The notes: a model not told the origin generated them from the letters alone. A DNA stretch of 64,000 bases from Fermentimonas sp. (GCA_041859795.1 JBFLFV010000010.1:19648-83647); one strand, 5' to 3'. Counted from the first letter of the stretch, positions 1-11,159 are shown. Program-made: numbers and translations.

Positions 1-1634
1 TTTGGTTCGGTTCCGGAAGGACGAATTGATAATTTGGTGCCATCTTCTGTAAAGAATTGCAATACATTTGAGGTTGTTGGCATTTCAAGTGCCATTTGCT
101 CATTTCTAATATAGTCGATAGCTTCGAGTTTCCCGAAATCTTTAAATAAGATAACAGGTGATCCACAGAGTGTTTTAAAAGGCTCTGTCCTGAATTTTTT
201 CATCATTGCTTCAATCTCCTCGGCGCCATCTTTACCTTTTCGTACTAGTGATATTCCAACCTCATTTGAGTATCCAAATTCAAGATAAATATCCTGTAGT
301 AATTCGTATACCGACTTATTGTTGTCTCTTGACCATGCAGCTATTTCTGCAAATAGAGTACAAGCAGAAACCGCATCTTTGTCGCGAACAAAATCACCAG
401 CTAGAAACCCGAAGCTCTCTTCACCACCACCTATATATTTCTTTGTGCTCTCATTTCTGCGAATAATTTCTGCAATCCATTTAAATCCGGTATAGCTGTC
501 AAACATTTCAATACCCTTGCTTTTTGCAATCACTTTTGCAAGTTCTGTAGTAACTATTGTCTTTACGGTAAACTCTTTACCGGTAAGTAGTCCTAGCTCT
601 TCACGTCTTGCCATTAAGTAATATATGCATAGCAGAAAAATTTGATTTCCATTAACAAGGAAGAATTCACCATTTTCGTCGCGAATTGCAGTACCTATAC
701 GATCACAATCAGGATCGGTTGCCATGACCAGGTCTGCTCCTGTTTCTACGGCTTTTTTAATTGCCAAATCAAGTGCAGCCGGTTCTTCCGGATTAGGGGA
801 CTCAACTGTTGGGAAATCACCACTAAGTACATCCTGCTCAGGAACATGAATGATATTGGTGAATCCAATAGCTTTTAATGCATCAGGAACCAGTGTGCCT
901 CCGGTGCCATGAATAGGGGTGTAGACAATCTTTATATCGTTAAAGCGTTTGATGGAGTCAGGCGAAAGGACAAGTTTTTTAACTTCTTCTATGAAAGCCT
1001 TATCCATATCTTTGCCGATTATTTCAATTAGCTTTCTGTTACCTTTGAATTTAATTTCATCAACTGATTTAATTCGGTTTACTTCTGCAATGATATTTCT
1101 GTCGTGTGGAGCCAATACTTGTGCACCATCATTCCAATATGCTTTATATCCATTATACTCCTTCGGGTTGTGAGAAGCAGTGATAACTATACCACTCTGA
1201 CATCCTAACTTCCTGATCGCATAAGATGCTTCAGGGGTGGGGCGAAGGTCTTCAAAAAGATAAACTTTTATACCATTTGCACTGAATATTTCGGCAGATA
1301 TTTCAGCAAATTTACGACTATTGTTGCGGCAATCATGACCTACTACAACTCTGATTTCCTTTAAATCAGCAAACTCTTTTTTTAGATAATTGGATAGTCC
1401 TTGCGTGGCAGAGCCAACAGTATAAATATTCATCCTATTACTACCTGCACCCATTATTCCTCTTAATCCACCTGTCCCAAATTCAAGATCTTTGTAGAAT
1501 GCTTCGATAAGTTCAGTTTTGTCCTCATTATCAAGCATAAGCTGCACCTCATCTTTCGTTTCTGCATCATAGTTTCCTTTAAGCCAAGACATAGCTTTGC
1601 CTGTGACTTGTTCTAAAAGAGTTTCATTTTCCAT
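1..1634 (-). CDS. pgm: Phosphoglucomutase/phosphomannomutase (alpha-D-phosphohexomutase); 3' end runs off the window
   Basis: Not in the ORF track. Manual translation from the ATG at 1634 gives MENETLLEQV...DLEFGTGGLRG, ITASHNP (phosphoserine motif) and DPDCDR (metal-binding loop). Confidence 0.9.
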   Translation of the reverse strand, partial: MENETLLEQVTGKAMSWLKGNYDAETKDEVQLMLDNEDKTELIEAFYKDLEFGTGGLRGIMGAGSNRMNIYTVGSATQGLSNYLKKEFADLKEIRVVVGHDCRNNSRKFAEISAEIFSANGIKVYLFEDLRPTPEASYAIRKLGCQSGIVITASHNPKEYNGYKAYWNDGAQVLAPHDRNIIAEVNRIKSVDEIKFKGNRKLIEIIGKDMDKAFIEEVKKLVLSPDSIKRFNDIKIVYTPIHGTGGTLVPDALKAIGFTNIIHVPEQDVLSGDFPTVESPNPEEPAALDLAIKKAVETGADLVMATDPDCDRIGTAIRDENGEFFLVNGNQIFLLCIYYLMARREELGLLTGKEFTVKTIVTTELAKVIAKSKGIEMFDSYTGFKWIAEIIRRNESTKKYIGGGEESFGFLAGDFVRDKDAVSACTLFAEIAAWSRDNNKSVYELLQDIYLEFGYSNEVGISLVRKGKDGAEEIEAMMKKFRTEPFKTLCGSPVILFKDFGKLEAIDYIRNEQMALEMPTTSNVLQFFTEDGTKLSIRPSGTEP

Positions 1635-1657
1635 AAAAAACTTACTGTTATATACTG

Positions 1658-3304
1658 TTAATCTAATTCAACTGGTGAAACCTTATATTTATCACCTGTT
1701 TGATCTATTATCTTTTGATAATATTCGTTTGAATACCCGGGACGAAGTGGATTTGCAGGCTGCCCATATGGATTACGTTTAAATTCGCCATTTTCAGTCT
1801 GTTTAATAACTCCATCAATATATTTTACCATTAAATATTCACCAAGTTTTTTCCATTCAACTACTCCTTCTTTTACAAGATTATTTGTGTATTGAGTTAG
1901 ATAATCAGTTGTTTCAGACCTTGATTGTAAGTAAAGTGCTGCTGCCTTTTCTTCAACATTGGGTTGTGAGGCAAGAAACTGATTCTCTAGTTTTGATTGT
2001 ATCTTTTTCATATCAATACTCATATCGCTGTATCTTGTATAGACCATGTTCGACACCCAGTTGTGAATCCAAAATGCAGAAGTCCATGAGAAATTTAGCA
2101 GGTCACCATTACCTATTGCCATTTCATGAGGTACTTTGTTATGACTGCAATAGAATGGGTAGTAAATTGTTTGAGCTGCATCATCAATGCCAAACCATAG
2201 GATTCCACCAATTTCATTAGGTAGCCAAGAGCGCATCTGTGCAACAAAAGAAAAAGCAGTCTGCTGTGTAGCGATAGGACGTTCGTTGCAATATTCAATC
2301 CCATCAACTTCGAATGAGAGTGGTGACCATCTGTAGGGTGAGTTAAATGGACCGGCACCAACATCAAATCTCCAATCAAGTTCAGTGCCTTCATAATGGT
2401 CTCTCATCATATTCTGAATATCCTGAGCGCTAAGTTTCATGTCTGCTTTAATATATAAGGGCATTGGGTCTGTTGTTTTACCTTGTGCATATGTAACATA
2501 TTTGCCCATATCTTTATTTACTTTATTAAAAAATGACCATACACGAGCTTCGCAAAAACGCATTCCACCAAAGTCGAGAGGGTTGTAAGTTTTAGCAAAA
2601 CTAAAGTCGGCATCAGTACCATCATAATATCCCATTTCACGAGCAAAAGATATTACATCAGGTGAATAGATGCAGTTTTCAGGATCATCAAGAGGAAATT
2701 GTTGAATTCTTGCTTGGTTGGCATGAGCTGAAACACAATCATCAGGTATACGTACAGCTACCCAAACAGCTCCTTTATTACCAACTCCTTTTCCAGACAT
2801 TTCCATTACCCAAATTTCATTTGGATCTGCAATCGAAAATGATTCGCCACCACTGTAATATCCATGTTCACTTACAAGGTCAGTCATTATTTTTATTGCT
2901 TCACGGGCATTGGTGGCTCGCTGAAGTGTAATATATATCAAACTTCCATAATCCATAATTCCTGTTGAATCTCTTAGTTCACTTCTACCACCAAATGTAG
3001 TTTCAGCTATTGCAAGCTGATGTTCATTCATGTTACCAATTACATTATAAGTATATAATACTTGAGGTATTTTTCCAAGAAATTTACCACTATCCCATTC
3101 ATACACCTCCAACATTTCACCTGTAGGATATGTTTTTGCAGGCCAATGGTACAGTTCTCCATACAATCCATATGAATCTGCTGCATATGATATGAGTGTT
3201 GATCCGTCAGTTGATGCTTTTTTCCCAACTAGTAAATTTGTACAAGGATAAGACATTGTTACGCCTAAAATCACCATTAAGGTTGCAATAAAGATTTTTT
3301 TCAT
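1658..3304 (-). CDS. C69 family dipeptidase (Ntn hydrolase) with signal peptide
   Basis: Signal peptide followed by CTNLLVGKKASTDGS (N-terminal nucleophile Cys), MNEHQLAIAETT and HANQARI motifs. Start is probably MKKIFI at 3304. Confidence 0.9.
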   Translation of the reverse strand: MKKIFIATLMVILGVTMSYPCTNLLVGKKASTDGSTLISYAADSYGLYGELYHWPAKTYPTGEMLEVYEWDSGKFLGKIPQVLYTYNVIGNMNEHQLAIAETTFGGRSELRDSTGIMDYGSLIYITLQRATNAREAIKIMTDLVSEHGYYSGGESFSIADPNEIWVMEMSGKGVGNKGAVWVAVRIPDDCVSAHANQARIQQFPLDDPENCIYSPDVISFAREMGYYDGTDADFSFAKTYNPLDFGGMRFCEARVWSFFNKVNKDMGKYVTYAQGKTTDPMPLYIKADMKLSAQDIQNMMRDHYEGTELDWRFDVGAGPFNSPYRWSPLSFEVDGIEYCNERPIATQQTAFSFVAQMRSWLPNEIGGILWFGIDDAAQTIYYPFYCSHNKVPHEMAIGNGDLLNFSWTSAFWIHNWVSNMVYTRYSDMSIDMKKIQSKLENQFLASQPNVEEKAAALYLQSRSETTDYLTQYTNNLVKEGVVEWKKLGEYLMVKYIDGVIKQTENGEFKRNPYGQPANPLRPGYSNEYYQKIIDQTGDKYKVSPVELD

Positions 3305-3468
3305 AGACAATTTAAATTTCAATTATAACTAATGCGTAAAGATACTTTTTATTGTTTAAATTGCCTAACCTGTATTGTCAATATTTGATTTATTTATTGG
3401 TAATTGGTTGGCGAAAGTAGAAAAAAACTCTATTTTTGTTTTAAAATTTTCCTTCATAAATCGTCGCG

Positions 3469-3783
3469 ATGAAAGATAATATTAGAAAAATTGGAACAAT
3501 CGGAACTAAAAGAATTTTGGGTTTTACTGCAACTCAGATAGCTGTTATTGTAATTATAATCGTTATGTTATTCTTTTTTGGTAACAGTAGTATCCCTAGA
3601 AGAGTTAAACAGAAGTCGCAAATAAGTGAGCTTGAATCACAAATTGAAATTTACAAAAAACAAATAGAAGAGGACTCTGAAAAGCTTGATGAACTTCAAT
3701 CAAAAAAAGAAAATCTTGAAAAGTTTGCTAGAGAAAACTATTATATGAAGAAAGAAAATGAAGAGGTTTTTGTTCTTGAATAA
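3469..3783 (+). CDS. FtsB/DivIC-like septum formation initiator
   Basis: One TM helix, a coiled coil and C-terminal LEKFARENYYMKKENEEVF. Confidence 0.85.
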   Translation: MKDNIRKIGTIGTKRILGFTATQIAVIVIIIVMLFFFGNSSIPRRVKQKSQISELESQIEIYKKQIEEDSEKLDELQSKKENLEKFARENYYMKKENEEVFVLE

Positions 3784-3927
3784 TTTTATTAATTGTAAAA
3801 GTTAAAGACTCATCTTTACCTTAAGAAGATTTTAAAAAATATTGTAACTTTAATAAATGAATTCAGTATCTTTGTATAGATAGGTTTTGGCTATTAGTAC
3901 CAGATAAAATAATAATCTCACAGTTTT

Positions 3928-4254
3928 ATGAAGGATAAAATTTATCGTATATCGGGCATTTTAATTTTGTTTTCTGCAGTTTTATATATGTTTTCGCCCT
4001 CAATTGCTCCATGGATTTTAGCGATTTCAGTAGTAGTTTTTTCTGTTATCACCATATCTAATCCATATCCGGGAAAAAGTATAAGAGGTAAACGACTTTA
4101 TAACTTTCAAATTTTATCATGTCTTTTTATGATTGCTGCTACTTACTTAATGTTTAAGCAACGAAATGAATGGGTTTTAGTAATGATAATAGGTGCAATA
4201 TTACTACTTTATGCAGCTATTGTTATTCCAAAAGAGTTTGAAAAAGAAAAATAA
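3928..4254 (+). CDS. Hypothetical membrane protein (about 4 TM helices)
   Basis: Hydrophobic 108-aa ORF with an upstream TATCTTTG promoter element. Confidence 0.7.
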   Translation: MKDKIYRISGILILFSAVLYMFSPSIAPWILAISVVVFSVITISNPYPGKSIRGKRLYNFQILSCLFMIAATYLMFKQRNEWVLVMIIGAILLLYAAIVIPKEFEKEK

Positions 4255-4303
4255 AGAGTGAATAGTTTTGTCCCTTTTTGCTTTAAACATGATAGTTAAT
4301 AAA

Positions 4304-5596
4304 ATGAGTAAAAGTGTATTAGTTGTTGATGATAATAAAACCATTTGTTTAATGCTTAAGTCATGGCTGCAAAAAAGAGGTTTCGAAGCTGAAACTGCAT
4401 TTGATGTAGAAAATGCAAAACATTTGGTTAAAGAAAATTTTTATGACTTAATTTTAAGTGATATAAAAATGCCTGAAACGGATGGTATGGAATTTTTATC
4501 GTGGGTAAAAAAGTATGATTCAGATATCATGGTAATTATGATGACAGGCTTTGCAGATATTGAGTCGGCTGTTGAATCAATGAAAACAGGTGCGGCAGAT
4601 TATATTTCAAAGCCTATAGATCCGGAAATACTTTTTGAAAAAATTGATGAAGCTTTCAAGGCTCATGAAAATTCAAAAAAGACTAATCATTTATATTATA
4701 AACTAATAAAACCACCAGGCGAAGCTTATGATAAGCTATTCAATCAATTAAATCAAATATCTGAAAATAATAATCACATTTTAATTTTAGGTGATAGAGG
4801 TACAGGGAAGGCATCTGCAGTACTCTTTATTTATGAAAAAGGGTGTCATATTTCGAAACCCCTTGTGAAATTGGACTCTAATGATATTTTATCAAACAAA
4901 CAAAGGAATTTCAACAATGGTGATGGTGAATCAATGTTGATGATAAAATTTAAATCAGCTAAGGGGGGCCTTTTATATATTAGCGAAGTGGATCAGTTAA
5001 GTTACGCAGAGCAAGATGAGTTGCTTTCAATTATTACTAAACAAAAAAAGGATGATGATTTTACTCAAGTTATAATGAGTTCAGAAAAAAGTATTGATGA
5101 GCTTAAAGAACTCCTTTTTCCAAAGCTATTTAATATACTTGTAAAAGATTATTTAACACTACCTAATCTGAAAGGATGTGAGAATCATATTAATTTTCTT
5201 ACTTCATATTTTATCCAATTTGCAAATCATATTTTTAACAAAAAAGTTGAAGGTGTTGATGAATCTTTCCAGAAGTTTCTAATTGAATATAATTGGCCCG
5301 GTAATATTCAGGAACTTAAAAACACTATTGTAAAAGGAGTTTTGCTTACTGAAGAGAAGGTTATTACAAGCAGTATTATTACAAAGCTGTTTGATAAAAA
5401 ACAAACCTATAAGAACGAATTAGTCACTGAAAACAGTATTAAAAGTTTGAGGAAAGAAAATTATGAAAGAGAGAAGATATGTCAAGCTCTTGAACTCTCT
5501 AAAGGAAATAAAACTTTGGCTGCATCCATATTAAATATTGACAGAAAAACATTATACAATAAAATTAAACTTTATAATATAACTTTTCAAAACTGA
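4304..5596 (+). CDS. NtrC/RteB-like response regulator (receiver, degenerate sigma54-type AAA+, Fis HTH)
   Basis: VLVVDD...DLILSDIKMP receiver; GDRGTGK; WPGNIQEL; C-terminal GNKTLAASILNIDRKTLYNKIK. Confidence 0.85.
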   Translation: MSKSVLVVDDNKTICLMLKSWLQKRGFEAETAFDVENAKHLVKENFYDLILSDIKMPETDGMEFLSWVKKYDSDIMVIMMTGFADIESAVESMKTGAADYISKPIDPEILFEKIDEAFKAHENSKKTNHLYYKLIKPPGEAYDKLFNQLNQISENNNHILILGDRGTGKASAVLFIYEKGCHISKPLVKLDSNDILSNKQRNFNNGDGESMLMIKFKSAKGGLLYISEVDQLSYAEQDELLSIITKQKKDDDFTQVIMSSEKSIDELKELLFPKLFNILVKDYLTLPNLKGCENHINFLTSYFIQFANHIFNKKVEGVDESFQKFLIEYNWPGNIQELKNTIVKGVLLTEEKVITSSIITKLFDKKQTYKNELVTENSIKSLRKENYEREKICQALELSKGNKTLAASILNIDRKTLYNKIKLYNITFQN

Positions 5597-5618
5597 CGAC
5601 TAATTTATAAGTTTCGAA

Positions 5619-8243
5619 ATGAATAAAAAAGGAGAGACAAAAGTTAAATATACAGTTATTGCAGGTTATATAATTGTATACTTAATAATGGCAATTGGTC
5701 TTGCCGCTCTATACAAGAATTTAGTGGATTTTTCTGAGAAGAAAGTCAGTAATAAAGATTTATCAGAACTACTGATTGTTGGTAATACACTTGCGCAGTT
5801 ATATGAGGTTGAAAGTGAGCAGAATTTGTTGACTGCAGAAAGTGCATATCAATATTATGTTTCATATGATTCTATTATACCGGTAATAAAATTGAATCTG
5901 GATGAATTGAAGAAAATCTCACAGGATAGTTTACGTATTCTAAAACTAGACTCTATTTTATACCTTATGAGAAATAAGGGTAGTAATTTGCGTAAAGTAG
6001 CAGTATTACTTGATTCTGTCGAAAAAGATCCAAGAATTATTAGAGAGACTGAGAGTAGTTATGTACCGAAAGAATTGAACAGAGAAATTACTAAGTATTT
6101 AAATAGTAAGGATTTAAGCGGAGCTCAAAGTGATACTAGCATTGTTGCAGGTAATCGTAAAGGTTTTTTTGATCGCATAAAGAATGTATTTGTAGCTAAC
6201 CCTGATTCAGTTATCATAATTGAAAACAGGTTGTTGGCTGCAGAGAATAATTTCAAATTAATTGTAGATACAATTGTGAATAAAGTACGTTATTCTGAGA
6301 GGCTGGATCTTAAAAGGCAGAAGGAGTTTCAGAATGCTCTTTATCATAAGCAAGACACGATGAATATAACAAATCGTTTGCTAACCTTACGTATTGATGA
6401 ATTATTAAAAGAAATTGAGCAGGAGGAGATGGATAAATCAATGCAATTAATTATTGACAGGGAAAAAGCATTGTCTCGATCGCAGAATACAATATATGTA
6501 ATTTCAGTCCTTGCTATTCTAGTATCTTTAGTATTTGCCGTACTTTTTGTTTTTGATATAAATAAAAGTCAAAAATATCGCAAACAGTTAGAATCATCAA
6601 ATAAACGTATCACTGATTTATTGGCATCGCGTGAAAAAATGATGCTTACAATTTCACATGATTTAAAAGCGCCATTAAGCTCTGTTATGGGTTTTATAGA
6701 ACTGATAAAAGAATGTGAGATATCTGATGAGAGCGAAGCTTCTATTATCAATGACTATTTGTCAAATATGGAAATATCTTCCGAACATATTATGCAGCTT
6801 GTGACTTCTCTACTGGATTTTCATAAATTGGACTCTGGTAATTGGGAGTTTAATGAGTCCCAATTTAATGTTCATAAATTGATATACGAAACCTCTTCGA
6901 GCTTTTCACCTCTTGCAAAACAAAAAGGTTTAAATTTCAACATTGAGAATAATATTCCTGAAGATTTTAAATGTTATGGTGATTCATATGTGTTAAGACA
7001 AATCATGAGTAATTTGATCTCTAATGCAATTAAATATACTTTTAAAGGAGATATTACAATTGATGCAAAACTCGAAATTGTTGATAAAAATTCGAATTCA
7101 AGTAGTAATAAAAGGAAACCCGAAAAAATATTAGTTTTCTCTGTTGCTGATACCGGAATTGGTATTGATAAAAACGACAGTGAAGTTATATTTGAAGAAT
7201 TCAAACAGTTAAAATCGGGCAACAAAGAGTATGGAAGTGTGGGGGGTACTGGCTTAGGATTAGCTATTACTAAATCATTTGTGGAAAAATTGGAGGGTGA
7301 TATTCAACTGAAATCTGAAAAGGGAGTGGGATCTCAATTTGTTGTTAGGCTTGCTTTGTATACTGATCCCTTAGAAACCATTTATTCTAATGACAATTTT
7401 CAAACCCGTATTTCAAAATACTCAAACATTATAAATAGAGAGTTAAATTCTGTACAGCTTGAAGAGTTAAAAGGTTTATCTATTCTTGTAGTAGATGATG
7501 ATCCAGTGCAACTTAAGATGATTTCTGAGGCGATTGTCAGAAAGAATATGCATTGTACTACTGAATCTAATCCTGATAAAGTATTGCACCTTATTAATAA
7601 TAATATTTTTGAATTAATTTTAATTGATCTTCATCTTGGTTCAACAACAGGATATGACTTGATTGATATAATAAATGAAAATGGTGGAAAACAAAACAAA
7701 TATTTGCCAAAAATTGCACTTTCAGCTAGTTCAGATTTATCATTACAAAAAATAAAGGATTCCGGGTTTACTAATTTTTTAATCAAACCCTTTAAAACTA
7801 TGCAATTGTATAGTTTGATTTATTACTGTGTTAGGGAAGAGGTAAATTCTGATGATTTAAATTTTAATTTTTCAAACATTATACCTGAAGCTAGTAAAGT
7901 GAAAGGTGTATTTAATCTTATTGATTTTATAAAAGAAGACCCAATTGCTTCTACCCAAATCTTACAGTCATTTATTGATGAAGCGGAGAGTAGTTACGCA
8001 GATCTAGAGGTTGCTATGGTAAAAGATGATTATATTACAGCTGCTAATTTAGCTCATAAATTATTGCCATTGTTCATTCTTATTGGAGAAAAAAGAGTGG
8101 TTACTGTATTACGTAATCTTGAAAAAAGTAAAAGTGTTAACGAAAATGAAAAGGAGTATCTGTTGAAAAAGATTAAGCAAAATATTGATGAAGCATTTAT
8201 ACTTAAAAATAATTTAAGTAAACTAGGGGATGACCAAAGATAG
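5619..8243 (+). CDS. Hybrid sensor histidine kinase (2 TM, HisKA, HATPase, receiver, possible Hpt)
   Basis: ISHDLKAPL H-box, NLISNAIKYT N-box, DTGIGI and GTGLGL boxes, ILVVDDD receiver, terminal LAHKL. Confidence 0.9.
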   Translation: MNKKGETKVKYTVIAGYIIVYLIMAIGLAALYKNLVDFSEKKVSNKDLSELLIVGNTLAQLYEVESEQNLLTAESAYQYYVSYDSIIPVIKLNLDELKKISQDSLRILKLDSILYLMRNKGSNLRKVAVLLDSVEKDPRIIRETESSYVPKELNREITKYLNSKDLSGAQSDTSIVAGNRKGFFDRIKNVFVANPDSVIIIENRLLAAENNFKLIVDTIVNKVRYSERLDLKRQKEFQNALYHKQDTMNITNRLLTLRIDELLKEIEQEEMDKSMQLIIDREKALSRSQNTIYVISVLAILVSLVFAVLFVFDINKSQKYRKQLESSNKRITDLLASREKMMLTISHDLKAPLSSVMGFIELIKECEISDESEASIINDYLSNMEISSEHIMQLVTSLLDFHKLDSGNWEFNESQFNVHKLIYETSSSFSPLAKQKGLNFNIENNIPEDFKCYGDSYVLRQIMSNLISNAIKYTFKGDITIDAKLEIVDKNSNSSSNKRKPEKILVFSVADTGIGIDKNDSEVIFEEFKQLKSGNKEYGSVGGTGLGLAITKSFVEKLEGDIQLKSEKGVGSQFVVRLALYTDPLETIYSNDNFQTRISKYSNIINRELNSVQLEELKGLSILVVDDDPVQLKMISEAIVRKNMHCTTESNPDKVLHLINNNIFELILIDLHLGSTTGYDLIDIINENGGKQNKYLPKIALSASSDLSLQKIKDSGFTNFLIKPFKTMQLYSLIYYCVREEVNSDDLNFNFSNIIPEASKVKGVFNLIDFIKEDPIASTQILQSFIDEAESSYADLEVAMVKDDYITAANLAHKLLPLFILIGEKRVVTVLRNLEKSKSVNENEKEYLLKKIKQNIDEAFILKNNLSKLGDDQR

Positions 8244-9129
8244 AGTTATTGATAAATACAAAAGATATTTGTTGCTGGAAAAAGGATTATCCGCTAACAC
8301 AATTGATGCTTATATGCGTGATCTGAAAAAACTCACACTTTTTTCAGAATCAAAAGACATTAAACCGGAAGACCTGCAATTATCAGATATTGAGGAGTTT
8401 CTTGATGAGTTATATGATGAAGGACTTACTCCTAGAACAACCTCAAGGATTATATCGGGATTGAAGTCATTTTTTGGATTTATGATATTAAATAATTATC
8501 GAAAAGATGATCCTACAGAGTTACTGGAATCTCCTAAAGTTGGACTAAAATTGCCTATAGTTCTGACTATCGAGGAGATTGATGCTATATTAGGTGTAAT
8601 TGATTTGTCGACTTCCGAAGGAACAAGAAATTATGCTATTATTGAAACATTGTATAGTTGCGGCTTACGAGTCTCAGAACTGATAAAACTTCGTTTCTCT
8701 GATCTATTTTTTGATGAAGGGTTTATTAGAGTAGACGGAAAGGGTAGTAAGCAGAGACTTGTCCCCATTTCAGATCCTGCGATAGAATCAATAAACAACT
8801 GGTTGATATCTAGAAAACAGTATAATATAAAAAAGGGAAGTGAAGATGTTCTTTTTGTTAGTTCACGAGGTGTATCCATTTCTCGTATAACTGTTTTTTA
8901 TTATGTAAAACAGTATGCAGAGGAAGCTGGAATTAATAAGGATGTTAGTCCGCATGTTTTTCGTCACAGTTTTGCTACTCATTTGTTAGAACGTGGGGCA
9001 AATATTCGTGTAATTCAAGAGATGCTTGGGCATGAGAAAATAACTACTACTGAGATTTATACTCATTTGGACATGCGTTTTTTGAGAGAAGAAATTATCG
9101 AATATCATCCAAGGAATAGAAAATTATAG
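8230..9129 (+). CDS. xerD: Site-specific tyrosine recombinase XerD
   Basis: LYSCGLRVSEL, GKGSKQRLVP, HVFRHSFATHLL, LGHEKITTTEIYTH. Confidence 0.9.
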   Translation: MTKDRVIDKYKRYLLLEKGLSANTIDAYMRDLKKLTLFSESKDIKPEDLQLSDIEEFLDELYDEGLTPRTTSRIISGLKSFFGFMILNNYRKDDPTELLESPKVGLKLPIVLTIEEIDAILGVIDLSTSEGTRNYAIIETLYSCGLRVSELIKLRFSDLFFDEGFIRVDGKGSKQRLVPISDPAIESINNWLISRKQYNIKKGSEDVLFVSSRGVSISRITVFYYVKQYAEEAGINKDVSPHVFRHSFATHLLERGANIRVIQEMLGHEKITTTEIYTHLDMRFLREEIIEYHPRNRKL

Positions 9130-9221
9130 GAGATTCCTATTATAAAAATTAATGAGTAAAAGACTCAAAGCTCCGATATAATTTTATATATTTGCTAAAG
9201 TTTAAAATAAATAATATCATT

Positions 9222-10349
9222 ATGAAATTTGTAGCGTCAAGTGCAACGATGTTAAATCATTTGCAGGCAATTAGCAGAGTTATTAATACCAAAAGCACAT
9301 TACCTATTTTGGATTGCTTTCTATTGGAATTAAAGGATAGTAAATTAACTCTAACTGCAGCTGACAGTGAAACAAGACTGGAAACATGGATTGAAGTTAA
9401 TAACGCAGAAGGTGAAGGTAGCTTGGCTATAAATGCCAGAAATCTTCTTGATCCGCTACGTGAGCTTCCAGATCAACCACTTACTTTCGAAATTAATGAT
9501 GAGACACTGGAGGTGTTTATTTATTATCATAATGGTAAGTATAATTTTGTTGGACTTAAAGGAGATGAATATCCTGATCCAAAACCTTTGAATGAGGATT
9601 CATCAATGAAGATAACATTGGATGCAGAAACACTTCTAACGGGTATTAATCGAACAGTATTTGCAACAGCAGATGATGAGCTTAGACCAGTGATGAATGG
9701 TATTTATTTTGATGTTTCTGCTGATGACCTCACTTTTGTTGCATCTGACGGACATAAGCTGGTTAGAGTAATCACAACTGATGCAAAAGGAGAGAGTCGT
9801 TCCTCTTTTATACTTCCTAAAAAACCTGCAAACTTATTAAAATCGTTGCTGCCAAAGGAAACAGGTACTATTGATATTGATTTTGATGAAAATAATGCAT
9901 TTATAACTATGGGTACATACAAAATGGTTTGTCGTTTTGTAGAAGGAAGATACCCAAACTATAACTCTGTGATTCCTCAAAATAACCCCAATAAAGTAAC
10001 CATTGATAGACTATTACTTTTAAATGCTTTAAAACGTGTTTCTGTTTTTTCAAATCCATCAATTGGGTTAGTAAAATTACAGTTTTCTGAAGATAAAATT
10101 GTGATAACTGCACAAGATATTGATTTTCTAACTTCTGCAGAGGAGACTATAACTTGCATATATGAAGGGAATGTAATGAATATTGGTTTTAAGGCATCTT
10201 TTTTAATTGAGATTATTGATAATATTCCATCTTCAGATATTAGGATTGAGTTGTCAGACCCATCTCGCGCAGGACTTATATTGCCTGTTGAAAAAGAGGA
10301 GAACGAAGACATGTTGACGCTTTTAATGCCTATGATGTTGAATGATTAA
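9222..10349 (+). CDS. dnaN: DNA polymerase III beta sliding clamp
   Basis: RPVMNGIYF, VASDGHKL, EGRYPNY and terminal LLMPM motifs. Confidence 0.97.
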   Translation: MKFVASSATMLNHLQAISRVINTKSTLPILDCFLLELKDSKLTLTAADSETRLETWIEVNNAEGEGSLAINARNLLDPLRELPDQPLTFEINDETLEVFIYYHNGKYNFVGLKGDEYPDPKPLNEDSSMKITLDAETLLTGINRTVFATADDELRPVMNGIYFDVSADDLTFVASDGHKLVRVITTDAKGESRSSFILPKKPANLLKSLLPKETGTIDIDFDENNAFITMGTYKMVCRFVEGRYPNYNSVIPQNNPNKVTIDRLLLLNALKRVSVFSNPSIGLVKLQFSEDKIVITAQDIDFLTSAEETITCIYEGNVMNIGFKASFLIEIIDNIPSSDIRIELSDPSRAGLILPVEKEENEDMLTLLMPMMLND

Positions 10350-10361
10350 TTTAAGTTATTG

Positions 10362-11132
10362 ATGGATTTAAACCTTAAAAATCCGTTGGTTTTCTTTGAT
10401 TTGGAAACTACCGGTATTAATATTACTCGAGATAGGATTGTTGAAATTTCACTTCTAAAGATTTCACCAAACGGTAAAGAGGAGTCTAAAACGCGTCGTA
10501 TTAATCCACAAATGCCGATTCCTCCCGAATCTACAGCAATTCATGGTATTACTGACGAGGATGTAAAAGATTGCCCCACATTTAAGCAGGTAGCAAAATC
10601 ACTTGCAGATCTTTTAGAAGGTTGTGACATGGCAGGATTCAATTCAAGTCGTTTTGATGTTCCGATACTTGCAGAAGAGTTTTTACGTGCCGGTGTAGAC
10701 TTTGATACCTCTAAACGCAAGTTTGTTGATGTTCAGATTATTTTCCATAAAAGAGAGCAAAGAACTCTTGAAGCTGCATACAAGTTTTATTGTAATAAAC
10801 AATTAGAGAATGCTCATTCGGCTGAGGCTGATGCAATTGCGACTTACGAGGTGTTAAAATCACAGCTAGATAGATATCCTGATTTAAAAAATGACATTGA
10901 TATTCTTTCAAAGGAATATTCAAGTTTTAATAATAATGTAGATCTAGCTGGAAGAATAATATTTAACGATGAAGGGGTTGAGGTTTTTAATTTTGGTAAG
11001 CATAAAGGAAAACCAGTAATTGCAGTTTTAGATAAAGAACCAAGTTATTATTCATGGATGATGGATGGAGATTTCCCCCTGAACACCAAACAGGTTCTAA
11101 CAAAAATAAGATTAAAAGAACTAAATAGTTGA
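10362..11132 (+). CDS. DEDDh 3'-5' exonuclease (Pol III epsilon-like)
   Basis: FFDLETTG, FNSSRFDVP, AHSAEADA. Confidence 0.92.
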   Translation: MDLNLKNPLVFFDLETTGINITRDRIVEISLLKISPNGKEESKTRRINPQMPIPPESTAIHGITDEDVKDCPTFKQVAKSLADLLEGCDMAGFNSSRFDVPILAEEFLRAGVDFDTSKRKFVDVQIIFHKREQRTLEAAYKFYCNKQLENAHSAEADAIATYEVLKSQLDRYPDLKNDIDILSKEYSSFNNNVDLAGRIIFNDEGVEVFNFGKHKGKPVIAVLDKEPSYYSWMMDGDFPLNTKQVLTKIRLKELNS

Positions 11133-11159
11133 CTTATTTACTAGTCTGACTAATTTACA

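Noticed and set aside
8230-9129. Tyrosine recombinase as the integrase of the island
   Set aside because: It is XerD-like, lies in a housekeeping run with dnaN about 2.8 kb outside the island, and the island boundaries are explained by IS66 ends and a TSD.
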